Positions 11,821 to 21,320 of a stretch of DNA of 64,000 nt are shown here, piece by piece. Every line of letters starts with the position of its first letter. The stretch's first letter is position 1. The stretch comes from Octopus vulgaris (taxonomy: Eukaryota), in assembly GCA_951406725.2 (NCBI GenBank), contig OX597822.1, forward strand, positions 110,112,001-110,176,000. Reading direction: 5' to 3'. Both the position numbers and the translations under genes were made by a program. The notes under the pieces are model-generated. The model was not told where the DNA came from. It saw nothing but the letters and a program-made list of their open reading frames with translations, and ran no database searches.

Positions 11821-12939
11821 ATGAGATTGCCGAAAAAAACATCACAAGTGGTCAACACACGATCCGTCAAACAGATTCGTAGCAAACTGAAACATATCGA
11901 AGTATCTTTCAAACTGACAAAAGGCCATTATGAAAAGCTTCTTCATATTTTCACAGTTCAAGAACAGCAACAGCTAGAAAATCAGCAGCCACAACAACAA
12001 CAAGAACAGAATGAGCCACTCCTGGTTCCCAGCACAATGGCTGACCCTAACATCGGTCAAGCACAACAACAACAACAACAACAGCCACAGCAACAAGAAC
12101 AACAACAGCCACTCCTCAACTCTAGCTTACTAGATGATTCACTAAATGCCAGTATCTTTTCACCGCTCTCACGGCAACCACCACAATTATCATCATCATC
12201 ATCACCACCGCTGCCACCATCGTCTTCTATCACCAAAAATACCAACAAAAAAACAAATAAGAAACCACTGCCCTCTTCCCCCACATCACCACCTCAATAC
12301 TACTGCAGTAACAAAAACTTAAAGAAACATAGGAAGCAGAATGCGCCCCCCACGGCACAAACAAGAAATCCCCAAATATGCCGCTATTCACTGCGCCAGA
12401 GACTCTGCACAAATAGTGACTGCATCTTCACGCATCTACCCGGCACTAGACGCACTACCGACCAAGGCCAAAGCGTGCATCCCACAATAACATCAACACC
12501 ACCAAATAGTAAATCGAAATTCAAAACACACACAACTCGGAGTCCCAAAATCTGCCGGTATTCCCAACGTGAGAGAACATGTCTGCTGAGTGACTGTCCC
12601 TTCACTCATCTTCCAGGGACCCGACGCACAAACAGAAACGGGGCTTCAAGCCAACACACAAACCTGAATAAAAATAAAAATAGAAACACACCATGCTGCA
12701 GTAATGCTGGTCCAGTCTTTTCAGGAAGACACAAAAACAACAACAACAAAAGTGGAAACTACAACCCTATCCAACAGTACAACCACACCGCCAGCCAAAA
12801 ACTGCTCCCTAAGCAGGAAAATTCTTTTTTAGCCATGTTGAACATGGCAAAAGAGATACACAAAAACATTCTAGCCATCACTCAACACCATCCTATGCTA
12901 TTACCCCAGTGCACCAATTCCCCTCATTGCTGCCACTAA
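11821..12939 (+). CDS. LINE ORF1 with Q-rich region and two CCCH zinc fingers
   Basis: 372-aa ORF with CRYSLRQRLCTNSDCIFTH and CRYSQRERTCLLSDCPFTH (C-x8-C-x4-C-x3-H twice). Confidence 0.75.
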   Translation: MRLPKKTSQVVNTRSVKQIRSKLKHIEVSFKLTKGHYEKLLHIFTVQEQQQLENQQPQQQQEQNEPLLVPSTMADPNIGQAQQQQQQQPQQQEQQQPLLNSSLLDDSLNASIFSPLSRQPPQLSSSSSPPLPPSSSITKNTNKKTNKKPLPSSPTSPPQYYCSNKNLKKHRKQNAPPTAQTRNPQICRYSLRQRLCTNSDCIFTHLPGTRRTTDQGQSVHPTITSTPPNSKSKFKTHTTRSPKICRYSQRERTCLLSDCPFTHLPGTRRTNRNGASSQHTNLNKNKNRNTPCCSNAGPVFSGRHKNNNNKSGNYNPIQQYNHTASQKLLPKQENSFLAMLNMAKEIHKNILAITQHHPMLLPQCTNSPHCCH

Positions 12940-15900
12940 CACACACAAAAAATCCAAGCGCCCTGCAACAGTCAAAACCAGCCACTACACTAACCTCCAC
13001 ATTCCTACTCAATGCACAAGGTGTCAGCCCTTCCATCAATGCACAAAAATGGAAGGTCCAATTCATTGAAGACTGGGTTGGTAACCATTCACACCACATC
13101 CCTTTCTTCATTCTCACTGAGACCCACCTTGACAACTCCCACTTGGAAGCTGAAGTGAGAGTGAAGAATTTCACAACCATCCGCGCGGATCGTATCGGCA
13201 GGAGGAAGGGTGGAACTGCCATTTTCCTGCATGATTCATTTACGGCAGATGGAAATAGTATATTCTCCAACGGCTACTGTGAATCAGTCACCGTGCACAA
13301 CAAAGCCAATGACCTGACAGTAATTGGGCTCTATAGGCCGCCCCAAACACCCATACTGTGCTTTAAAGAATGCCTCAACAGCATTAAGTGCTTTATTCAA
13401 CAGTGCCATTCTAGCAACATACTCATGATGGGAGACTTCAATCTACCCTGTGTTGACTGGACTACAAACTGTTTGAAACCAAGCACTCCCGCCTCAACCG
13501 CTGACAAAGAAGCAGCAGAGTCACTTTTCGACTTTACGAATGAGTTTTTCTTGTCCCAACTTGTCCTTGCACCAACAAGACATCAGAACATTTTGGACCT
13601 AGTGTTTAGTAACCACACTAACACTATACATAACGTTACAGTGGGAAAAACCCTTCTTTCAGACCATGACATGGTTCTCTGTAACATGAAATTCCACCAG
13701 CCGAAAGCTAATCCTATTGACCTCCCTCCAGCCCACCCATTTGACAACATGGATCTCCATAATGCCAACTGGGATGCAATCAGGAACGAGCTATCACATG
13801 TTGACTGGTCCTTTACACATACACACATCTCCACCAACCATAAAACATCTTGGCAGATCTTTGTAGACACCGTCACAGACATATGTGCAAAACACTCCCC
13901 ACCAAGACCTGTGAACAAAAAGTGCAGAATCCCCCAAAACAGAAAAACCATTATCAGAAAAAAAAATAGAACAAACAAAAAAAATTAACAAACTAAAGTA
14001 CTGCCAACAGCAACACACAAATTCGACGGCTATCGCACTGCTTGAATCCAAAAAATATAACCTCCAACAATGCATGAAGACCCTCATCAAAAACCAAAGA
14101 TCAGCTGAGGAGAAGTGGGCCATTGAAAAAATCAAACTCAACCCCAAAGTGTTCTTTTCATTTGCGAGGAAACGCAGGGTCACTGTCTCCACTGTTGGCC
14201 CTCTAATTGACGAAACTGGCACTCTCCAAGATAATGCCAAATCCATGGTCGAGATACTGCAGAAACAATACTGCTCTGTTTTCAGCAATCCTGATATGGC
14301 CGATCTGGGCTGTATCAGTGATGTCAACCCCGAACACACTATATCGGACATAACGTTTAGTGCCCCTGATGTCTTAGCGGCGATAAACGAAATAAAACAC
14401 AATTCAGCAGTAGGCCCCGATAGGTTCCCTGCTTGTGTCCTGAAGGTGTGTCGACACCAACTTGCATCTCCCCTTGCTAATCTGTGGAGAAACTCACTGG
14501 ATGCTGGCTATATTCCAAAAAACCTTCTGTCCCAGTCTGTTGTCCCAGTTTTCAAAAAGAGAAACAAGTCCCTTGCAGTGAACTACCGTCCGATCTCACT
14601 CACCTCTCATATCATCAAGGTATTTGAGAGGGTGGTGAGATCTCGAATAACCCAATTTCTGGAAAGCAACAGACGGCTGATCTCCAACCAACATGGGTTC
14701 CGTAATGGAAGGGACTGCCTAACGCAGCCCCTGCATCACTTTGAGGACATTTTGAGAGCTTTGGGAGAGGGCTCCAACACCGATGTCATCTACCTTGATT
14801 TCAGTAAGGCCTTCGACAGGGTCGATCACAAGATCCTATTGAAAAAACTATCCAACATTGGTGTCTCTGGAAAGTTACTGAAATGGATCAGGTGTTTCCT
14901 GACAGACAGATCTCAACATGTTGTAGTTGAAGGGGTAAAATCAAGCCCAGCCAAAGTCAGTAGTGGCGTTCCGCAAGGCACTGTGCTGGGCCCACTTCTT
15001 TTCATCATTTACATTAATGACATTAATGACATCATCAAGCACAGCAACATAAAAATTTTTGCAGATGATTCCAAGCTACAGAAGGTCATAAATGAGGCGA
15101 GTGACCGGACATGCCTTCAGTCAGATCTACTGGCTGTTATCCAATGGGCAGAAAAAACAATATGCTGCTGAACGAGGATAAATTTGAGTTAATCCACTTT
15201 GGAAAAGAGGATGCCCTGAAACTCCCATACTCCCTTCCTTCAGGTGAAACTCTCGCGGCGTCCAACAACATCAGAGACTTGGGAGTAATTGTGGACAACA
15301 ACATAAGCTGGGCCACACATATAAACACCAAAGTTGACATGGCCCGCAGAATGTGTTCCTGGATTCTCAGAACTTTCCAGTCGAGAGATATCCACACCAT
15401 TATCCTTCTCTTCTCCACTTTTGCCCGACCCCACCTTGAATACTGTTGTCCACTGTGGTCTCCCCACACAATACAAGGTATCATAAAAGTTGAAGCACCT
15501 CAAAGGGCAATCACAAAAAAGATAGATGGCATGACAGGCCTCGACTATTGGGGTCGACTAGAAAAGCTAAAACTTTATTCTCTCCAACGTCGTCGTGAGC
15601 GCTACATCATCTGCATGATGTGGAAAATATTCCATCAGCATTGCCCAAATGATGTTGGCATCACCTTCAGGGTACATCCAAGGCTTGGGCCCCGTGCCAT
15701 CCGCCCAAAACAAAAATCGCACTCTCATCTCATAACAACAATACGGCACAGTTATTTCACCTCAATTGGCCCCGCTCTCTTTAACATTACACCAAAACAC
15801 ATTAAAACAGAAACTGACCCTATAGGGTTCAAGAAGTCTTTGGACAGATTCCTTCAAGAAATCCCGGATAAACCCCCTACACCCGGATATGTCTCTGTAA

Positions 15901-15944
15901 ACAATAACTCTCTACTTGAGTGGGCCATAGTGCCCAAATTCTGA
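12813..15944 (+). CDS. LINE ORF2: APE endonuclease + reverse transcriptase, two single-base frameshifts in A-runs
   Basis: APE motifs LNAQG, TETHL, GGTAI, YRPP, GDFNLP, ILDL, SDH; RT motifs NYRPISLTS, QHGFR, YLDFSKAFD, GVPQGTVLGP, FADD, DLGV. Frame changes at A-runs ~13958-13984 and 15152-15157. The frame opens at 12813 with no upstream ATG. Confidence 0.9.
12825..12848 (+). promoter_or_regulatory. Candidate -1 ribosomal frameshift signal (T TTT TTA + hairpin)
   Basis: Heptamer 12825-12831 is correctly phased in ORF1 codons (TCT TTT TTA). GCCATGT-TGA-ACATGGC stem at 12832-12848. The -1 frame is ORF2. Confidence 0.5.
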
Positions 15945-16042
15945 CTTGAAAGACTTCACCAGGTGGTGCTATTAAGTTGGACATGGCCTGGGCCAATAAT
16001 GGCCGAAACCTATCAAAGTATCAAAGTATCAAAGTATATATA

Positions 16043-16086
<44 letters not shown>

Positions 16087-16435
16087 TATATACGAAATAA
16101 TACGAAATACGAAAATATGGAATACGAACTTTTTTGCGAACAGCGAAAGAAACAATAGTATCGATAATGCCCGAAATTGCGTTTGACTCCTCTTGCTGAT
16201 AACTGATGAAGAATTTGTGACCTTGTGTGTTTTCTGTTCGCATGTGCATTTAGTATGTGTTCGTTTGTTTATTTACAATACGTTTATTTTTAATTATATA
16301 TATATAGATATGTCATATTTTCCGTTTGTTGTCTTTTTATTTAATCCTGAAGATATTATTTACGTAACGCACGCACTCATTAATCTTTTACCTATATATA
16401 TGTGTGTGCGTGTGTATGTGTGCGTGTGTGTGTGA

Positions 16436-16467
<32 letters not shown>

Positions 16468-16541
16468 GTGTAGTTCAAATTTACAGAAAACAAACGACGA
16501 AGACAGGTGAAAGAACAACAAGCAGAGTTTTAAGGTTTTTT

Positions 16542-17348
16542 AGTTATAGAAATCGCCCCCAGGAGTTACTCTTTGGAACCTGTAGTTCTTTTTTTCCTTT
16601 TGGTAAATTTCTTGTGTATATTGTAAACTCTGCCATTTTGTTATATTGTGTGCTATTTTGGTTATCTGGTATCCACCTTGAGTTTTATAGTCACTACAAG
16701 GAATTTTTGTTCGTGCTTAGGCACTGGGGGGGAGCTCTGTAGTGATTCTATACAACGGTGCGAGCGCGCGCGCCGCCCTTTTCTGTTTCGCGCGTGCGGG
16801 ATTGGTGCTTTCACCAAGGTAGAGGGGAGGGGCCCTCTCGCGCATGCGCGAAGACCGGAAGAGGGAATTTGCTGACGTGGCAGTTAGCCGAGGCAAGGGA
16901 GCGTAGAAACCTTGACCACCTGGGCGTCCGGAGAGATATAGCAGCAGTAGGCGGCGACTTGAGGCACAGCGATCGAAGGCACCAGACGTGTAATTCTCTC
17001 TCTCTCCGGATTTGATATAGCAGCAGTCAGCAGAAGACTTTCAACCTGACATTTGTTGCAGACCACATCATCTTCTCCCTCCGGACGCCATTTTGACCAG
17101 TTCTGTTTTTAGCGGCTGAACATTGTAAAATCTTACAAGCGATAAAGTTTCAGCTCTGACAAATCCATACCAAGCGGAACCAGATATACCACTTATTTCT
17201 TACCGTTATAAGAGAATAAAGTATATATATTTTTTACGTTTGCGTCTTGTTGTTTCTGACTGGTAGAATCTGGATATTAAAGCAACGGTAATTTGTATGC
17301 ACCAGTTGCACTCTAAAAGTGCATGAAGCTACTCGTTCCCGTTATACA
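16542..17348 (+). mobile_element. Putative solo LTR / CpG-rich promoter-like insertion
   Basis: ~800 bp with a GC/CpG-rich core (16750-17000), TATA-like GATATA, AATAAA at ~17215 and a ...TATACA end. Termini imperfect, no TSD identified. Confidence 0.35.
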
Positions 17349-17412
17349 CCCTAGCACTTATTCTATCGGTTTCTTTTTTCCAAAACGCTAAGCTACGGGG
17401 ACGTGTATATAA

Positions 17413-17444
<32 letters not shown>

Positions 17445-17447
<3 letters not shown>

Positions 17448-17665
17448 CGTAGGAGTGACTGTGTGACAAGAAGTTTGCTGCCTGGTCACTAGGTCAAATA
17501 GGTTTGGACGATGGAAACTGAAAAAAGCCCGTCGTATATACGTGTTTGTGGGCCGGAGGGGGCTAGCTTCGTGCTTGTCCCAGACAACTTCCTTTCCATC
17601 CCCGCAACTTAGAAGTTCGACGAAATTAACCGATAGAATATGTCGAATGACTGAGACAAGTAAAT
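17445..17665 (+). mobile_element. Degenerate tRNA-derived SINE (CORE-like family)
   Basis: AGGCGTAGGAGTGACTGTGTG head, GGAAACTGAAAAAAGCCCGTCGTATA, ACCGATAGAATA; internally deleted. Confidence 0.6.
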
Positions 17666-17907
17666 GTTTTTTTAGATATATCGTAGTAATATCTAATGTA
17701 GTTGTGGTTTACGACCAGTCAAGTAGTTACCATTGGTTTCAGACTTTTTATACTCTTAGCAATATAGACGTCTCCCACGGCTAAGAACGTAAAAGGCGCG
17801 AAAGCAAAGGTGACTCCCTGACCGGCCATACCAGCCACATAGTTTCGGGTTCATTCACACTGCGTGGCACCTTACAACCTAGGGTTGGATTCAAAATTCT
17901 ACCAGGA

Positions 17908-17949
17908 CACCTGATGAAGGCTGGAGAGTAAATCAGCCGAAATTTTGTG
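17908..17949 (+). ncRNA. Degenerate minimal hammerhead motif
   Basis: CAC-CTGATGA-A-GGCTG[10]CAGCC-GAAA-TT-TT-GTG. Stem III is no longer palindromic. Confidence 0.6.
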
Positions 17950-18542
17950 GTAGCAACAAACAAGATTAGGACAAATATCCGTCCAATGTAAAAAATGTAA
18001 ATATTGTACAGAATTCCTCATCCCTAAAATATAGAACAATTTATGATTGTTTCAAAAATTCCATGTTGACTTAATCTTGCATCGTGTTTTTAAACGACTC
18101 CACAATTAATGATGTAGTCATATCCGTTGTACAGATACCCCGTTCATAGAAATGATGCCTCGCAACTCTCTACAAAAAATAATATGCTGAAGTGTTTGTC
18201 TATCGCTTAAATATAGGACATTAATCAATGTTTATAGTGGACGGCACAGCGGTCACGTTTATAAACATGATTGAAGATAAGTCAAAATGAATTTGTAGAA
18301 ATAATTGTAAACTATGAAACAAAAATAATAACGCAAACTCCACTTTTCAGTGCTTATTACTTCTGTAACCCCTCAGAGGAAACATGACTCCTCCTTCACT
18401 CCTCTCCACCCTTAATTTATGGTTTGAGAATAATTCTATAATTGTTGTAAACTGGAATGGAACTTACTCTCTTTCTGCTCACATCCATTCACCATTTAAT
18501 GCTACTTGCTTTGCATCTTTTAGAGAGATAGATTAGATATAA

Positions 18543-18937
18543 CTAGCAGTATCGCCCGGCGTTGCTCGGGTTTGTAAGGAAAATAACTATATAAGCATTT
18601 TTAGAGAGTTATAGCCAAAAAATAGCAAAAATATGCATTAAAAATGGAAAAAAATGATGGTAATTTTTTTTTAAATCGTTGACTCATCGTAGACATTTTA
18701 GAGAGTTACTTCCCTTATATAATATCGAAAAAATGCATCAAAATGGAAAAAAATGATGGTAATTTTTTTTTTTAATCGTAGACTCATCGTAGACGCGCGC
18801 TAATACCCAGAAGGGCTCGATATGAATCACGACTATAAGATACCCGGTTTTGGTTAAACTGCACCGCAAAATGTGGAAGTAGTTAGGAATCTAAATCGTA
18901 GGAGACAGACACACAACCTCTCTTTTATATATAAAGA
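18543..18937 (-). mobile_element. Non-autonomous Helitron
   Basis: TC...hairpin-CTAG termini at A|T, internal tandem duplication, 5' 200 bp shared with 6450-7295. Confidence 0.9.
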
Positions 18938-20571
18938 TAAACTCAAAGAGCAACTAGAAAGTGAAAGTAGTTTCTAACTTAGGATGTCTCATAGATAGTG
19001 GTGGCAATGGTGTTGGAGGTGGTAGAAGTGGTTATCATGGCAGTAGTGGTGTAGTGGTGACAGTGGATGTGTATGATGGTAGAAATTATAGTGTTGGTGT
19101 TTTTGTAGAGGTGGTGGTGGTGGTGGCGGCAGTGGATGATGATGATAATGATGATAGTAGTAGTAGCATTGATTATGTTAGGATGTCTCATGGATGGTAG
19201 AGTTGAAGACATTGCAGAGTGTAGTGGTGGTGAAATTGGTGATTTTGAATATGATGCTGGTATTGATCTTGGGGTTGTGGTTGCAGAAGATGTTTGTGGT
19301 GGTGGCATTCGAGGTTGTAGTATTGGTTGTAGTGGTGGTTGTGAAGATGATTCTGATATTGATAGTCTTTGCATTGAGGTGGTGTCAGAGTCAGTGTAAA
19401 TAATAAGAGCCGAGTTAACACAAGATTCTTAAATTTCGGAGATCATAAGATAGAGAGCAAGAAGTTAAAAGTTCCAATACTGGCCCAATACCTACACCCC
19501 AGATTCTTCAACTATTTTATAAGAAAGGGGTTAATGGCAGGATAGGGATTCAGCTTTAAAATAAATTGTATAACAAAAAATACATAAATAAATTACTGCT
19601 CCAACGATGTAATTTTAGTATGTGTGTATGTATGTATGTGTGTGTGTGTAAGCAATGCAAACAATGGAAAATAATTTAAACACTCATTTTCTGATGTCTA
19701 AGGATGGATATTTATGCGTATGCATCTTTTTCTTTTTATTTTCTTTGAAATATAATTCTAGGGAAAAAGCTGTGTACGATGCCAAGCGAATTTAGCTATT
19801 TACGATGAGCGGATTTTTACGTTACAAACGAATCTGTAGGTCTGTTTACATGTTTACGTTAACTACGTCACAAAATAGCTGTTTACGTCACAGTAACAAT
19901 ATTTTGAGAAGCAGTAAATAATATGAGGCCGAAAGAAAGAATATCATTGGTTAAAATTCGAATTTTTAAACAACGTTAAACTTAGAAATTACAATTCCGT
20001 TTTCATTTTGGTTTACAATTATGTTTTCTTTTGACACATTCTACCAGTATACGAAGTTTCAAATTGTTTAGTTAACTAGGAAAATCTGGCCTTCAAACTG
20101 AAAAGATCCAAACCGCGATTTGTTTTAGAATTTAGCTGCAATGTACAAAAATAGCTGCAGAAACAAACTCGAGGGAAATGAAATTCCAAGTGGTAGAGAT
20201 TGTGTTTCCTGCTTTACAAAAACTAATGCTATAATTTAAAAAAATCCCTGGAGAGACATTAACTCCACCGAGCAATCTCTTTAAAGAATTATTTTATTTT
20301 TAAAAAATCATTCCCCCTTTTAATGTTTACTTTCCTTTTATTTATTTATTTATTTATTTATTTAAGTTTGTATTTTTATTTATAAAACAAGAAAAAAATC
20401 AGCAATAAGTTCTTAATGGACATTTTGATTTCTTATAGAGAACAGATTTTTACCCGTAGATGGATTTGAATTTCAAGCTATAATCAACAATGGACAGCTC
20501 TAACTGCTTAAGAGTTTATTTTACACAGCTTTCTATTCACAATTCTGTGTGAAGGCAGTGAGCTTGTAGAA

Positions 20572-20750
20572 TTGTTAGAGCATAGGCAAAAGACTGCGTT
20601 CTTCGGATTTTTGTGCTCTGTGTTCATATTCCTTCCGATGTCAACTTTACCTTTTACTCATCAAGGACCAATAAAATAACGCACCAGTTAAGTGAAGTAG
20701 TCGGTGATATTGACTCTCTCCTCCTCTCAAAATTGCTTGAATCTGTGCCT
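20572..20750 (+). mobile_element. Old tRNA-SINE copy (same family as 32749-32979)
   Basis: AAGGCAGTGAGCTTGTAGAATTGTTAGAGC...GTCAACTTTACCTTT...CACCAGTT, diverged. Confidence 0.5.
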
Positions 20751-21320
20751 ATAGTTTGAGGTAGTCCATATAAAGCAGGTGGTATATTTTCCCTTTGGTT
20801 ATGGTAACCCCATAGACAGGCCTGGATCTTTTCAATATATTGTCTGAGAGATTAACGCAATGGTGAAAGTAATGGAGATGGAGCGAATTTCACTGGAATA
20901 TCACTCTACGTATTTTCACGTTTGCTTACGACTAATTTTTAGTTTCAACGCTATCCTTGCTTTTCCAAAAAAGCAGTTTATCTTCTCATTGACTACGAGC
21001 GTCCTCAGGTATCTTCATTATCCAGCTTTGTGGAGCATTGTCGTAAGCCTTCTTGTAGTCTATCCATCCAACTGCTAAAGTTTTCTTTCTTATTCGTATC
21101 TCATTTATTATACTACTGACAATATACAGCAGATGAGTAACTCTCTTGAATACTTTCTGCATCCCTTATGCTCCTATGACAATAGATTCTCCTTATCCAA
21201 AAATGCTATATACACAATCTAATATGCCATCTAATACGAGAGACCATTTGATAATTTCCAGAGTAATCGTAAACTCGTAGTAAGTCGATAATTATCGGTT
21301 TCCGCTTTCTGTTTTTTGTC
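20750..21320 (-). pseudogene. Decayed R4/Dong-like non-LTR RT fragment
   Basis: Minus-strand pieces read DNYR...LWKL, KGCRK, LAVGWIDYKKAYDNAPQSWI, IFQ*..SPLLF, HLLYMDYLKL. Confidence 0.7.

Larger units (their letters stand above)
11783..16034 (+). mobile_element. Near-intact CR1-group LINE inserted in (TA)n
   Basis: ORF1 plus APE-RT ORF2, short 3' UTR and three TATCAAAG tail repeats (16011-16034). TA repeats on both sides. 5' end probably truncated. Confidence 0.9.
5021..20109. mobile_element. ~15.1 kb non-autonomous TIR element (Merlin-like) filled with nested insertions
   Basis: Near-identical ~265-bp TIRs at 5021-~5287 and ~19844-20109, beginning GGATCTTTTC. The 8-bp direct repeat AAACCGCG flanks both ends (5013-5020, 20110-20117). 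Confidence 0.8.

Noticed and set aside
12057-15749. Minus-strand ORFs of 60-200 aa
   Set aside because: Antisense shadows of LINE ORF1/ORF2 with no motifs.
16203-16230. CTGATGAAG motif
   Set aside because: No downstream stem-GAAA.
18961-19421. Overlapping Pro/Thr/His- or Val/Gly-rich ORFs
   Set aside because: Low-complexity trinucleotide-like repeat that also occurs inverted at 5675, with no domain evidence.
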